In this document: positions 61,590 through 64,000 of the stretch, one piece after another
Layout of the letters: each line of letters opens with the position of its first letter
Numbering within the stretch: the stretch's first letter is position 1
From: Trichoplax sp. H2
Taxonomy: Eukaryota
Reading direction: 5' to 3'
NCBI GenBank assembly: GCA_003344405.1
Contig: NOWV01000015.1
Location: 186,001 to 250,000 of the forward strand
Length of the DNA stretch: 64,000 nt
The notes under the pieces: model-generated
What the model saw: the letters and a program-made list of their open reading frames with translations, nothing else
Told to the model about the DNA's origin: nothing
Database searches by the model: none
Position numbers and translations under genes: made by a program

Positions 61590-64000
61590 TATGAAATTCA
61601 AGAATGCAAAATATAGATATTGGCGAAATAAGTTCAAAAAAGATGTTATCTTATTTATAATTATAATTTGACTATTATTGTATTCTCAGAGATGTAAAGG
61701 GGTCATATCAGACATGATTGGTACATACAGTCTGAAACTTAATTTTTCTAAATTGTATAAAATTCTTTGAGTTTTTCTAATATTGCTAAGCGTTAATGCG
61801 ATCTAATTTAATCAGTAATGTGATTTACATATTTTTTCTGATGCATTTTTAACATTTTTATACTAGCTGCATAAATTTTTGCATAATTATAAATATTACT
61901 AATTGGATAGAGAGCGAGAAATCAGTTGCAACATAAACCGTGGGTGCCAAGAAAAAGAGAAGAAACATTGATAGAAATTTTATTAATCGTATTCGTTAAT
62001 GACAAGGAAAAAAATAAAATAAAATATTCTCAAAATTAGATGCTGATAATTACTCTCATACAATATTTATAGTTCTAATAAGGAAAGATGCTTAAGCGAA
62101 TGCGATTTAAAAATGAAACGACAAAAAATCAAGATATTATCCAACAATGACAGCTTTCTGCTTTTCAAGTTTTATCTATGCTTGCGCAGAAATAGAAAAT
62201 ATTCCTTAAATCAAGTCTTATCAGGAAAATATGACAGAAGCATGACATTAAAGTATCTGGATAACTGTAATATCTATATAGCCGATAGCTACTTCTCTAC
62301 TTTTTGAAATAGAAAGTAATAGTTAGCAAATAAGATATTTCGTTTCTAATTAATTCTGGCTGGGTTTATCTAGGCAGTTACAGCATGCCATTAGGATTAT
62401 TTAATGATTGCCAAATTAATAAAGTAGATAATTCGTTATTTTAATGAAATAGCAGTAAATAGTCAGGAAATGAACTGTTAGTTTTCTAACATAGATCATG
62501 GCTGGCATCTATCCACGGAGAGCCGCAGCATAAAATTAAGAAGCCTAAATGGCTATAATCGTGATATACTTGATAGATAGTTCTTTCTTTTATAAAATAG
62601 TAATAGGGAACTAACGAATTAATTATTAATTTCCTACTAGATTTTATCTATGATAGATCGCAGCAGCTAGCAAGTCTGTTAGTGCTGCTTCGACAAATTC
62701 CTATGGTAATATCTACTAGAAAGCGACAACAAAGCATTTTCTCTGATTTATTTCCTACTCAATAGAAAAAACTACTTCTGTACTGTATATAATCAGTTCT
62801 AGGGATCAATTCATAAATTGTGAACTTTTATGGTAGATTACGAGCACTATAACGAGCTTTACTGATCAATTATAGGCTTATACAGTAATTTAGTTATTAT
62901 TACATATCTTTTGAAGAAACAATTCGGTTCTTGCTTTGCCGATAAAGAATCATGAATTCACATACTTGTATATCCGTGTTAATAATTAATTAATCATACT
63001 TATTTATATTACAGCTGTATTTTTAGAGATAAACGTCAAAGAAGTTTTCCGTAATGAAAATTAAAATTTACTCAATATTAGATGATTGATATGCTAAGTT
63101 TATTACAGCTAGAGGGGCTATTATTTGATGAATTATAAAATAGATAAATAGGATGTTATGATGCTGAAGTTATTATAGTATGATAGCAATAAATGGCAAA
63201 GCAAACGATAGATAGATAGGCTCTAGACTGCATAAGTTATTGACTACTTTTATACTCATCTTAGTAAAATTTAATGATTGTTATTATCAGGACAAGATCA
63301 TTCAACTCTGCAATGACTGTCATTTTCTTATTGACATCTAAAATAATTTCATTATTACAAGTTTCTTTAATATTCCTAATCGTATCAAAAATTATCTACA
63401 GTAAAATATAGGTGAAAACATGCAAATTACTACATTTATCGCTGATAATACCCCTTCAATTAAATTACTGGATTTACTATGCAAATTAGTACAAACAAAT
63501 CTGTTGGTATTGTAGACCCAAATGACTAGTTGGCACAACGAAATTTGCGAAACAAGATGTCAACATAAGGCTGATGAATTATTTTTATTAACGTAATTAA
63601 TCTATATTGCAATTTATTCTTAATGAGAGTTATTGTTAAAATGTTAAGTTTTGTTGTGATATTTTAGGTGCTGCTTGTCTCGATCGAGATTATAACATAA
63701 GTGGATTAGCTGAAGTATAGATCCTTTCTCTTCATTAACCCGACAAATCTGGCTCATGGCATTCTCTTTACTAGAATTATCTTATAAGGCTAATTTTATG
63801 GCAAGCACCTTAAGTTCTACTCTGCTATCGTCCTGTAGGCAAGTATTTAATCATTGCGGGAAGTTTCATTTTAACCAGCTGAAACTAGAGCTACAACTGC
63901 TATAATTTGATAGTAGTAATAATCGTTGGTTAAATAATATTCATATTTTTAATATAGATATACATACTTGGAAAAGGTTTATATCACTAAATAAATTAAT

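Noticed and set aside
1109-62307. Remaining 60-90 aa ORFs in the track
   Set aside because: Composition reflects AT-rich non-coding DNA, many have non-ATG starts, none shows a domain or paralogue.

Overview
AT-rich, gene-sparse eukaryotic (animal-type) nuclear DNA; the gene content resembles a placozoan such as Trichoplax, but that is my inference, not something the sequence proves. Two tandem gene clusters are present. The first is three paralogous rhodopsin-like 7TM receptors on the + strand with non-canonical microswitch motifs and a shared phase-1 splice acceptor. The second is three paralogous intronless KLC/NPHP3-type TPR proteins (one of 1080 aa, two of about 300 aa) that all begin with an MGxxxS myristoylation motif. 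Intergenic DNA holds seven insertions of solo-LTR-like elements from four families (TG...CA ends, 5-bp TSDs), two of them nested in other LTRs. All three 20-N gaps separate two alleles of the same locus that differ by an insertion/deletion. Several diverged 100-190 bp tandem repeats flank the genes. The most unusual stretch is a roughly 450-nt hairpin-dense island at about 23960-24420 with motifs in an order reminiscent of a degenerate group I intron core. All short ORFs in the supplied track look spurious.
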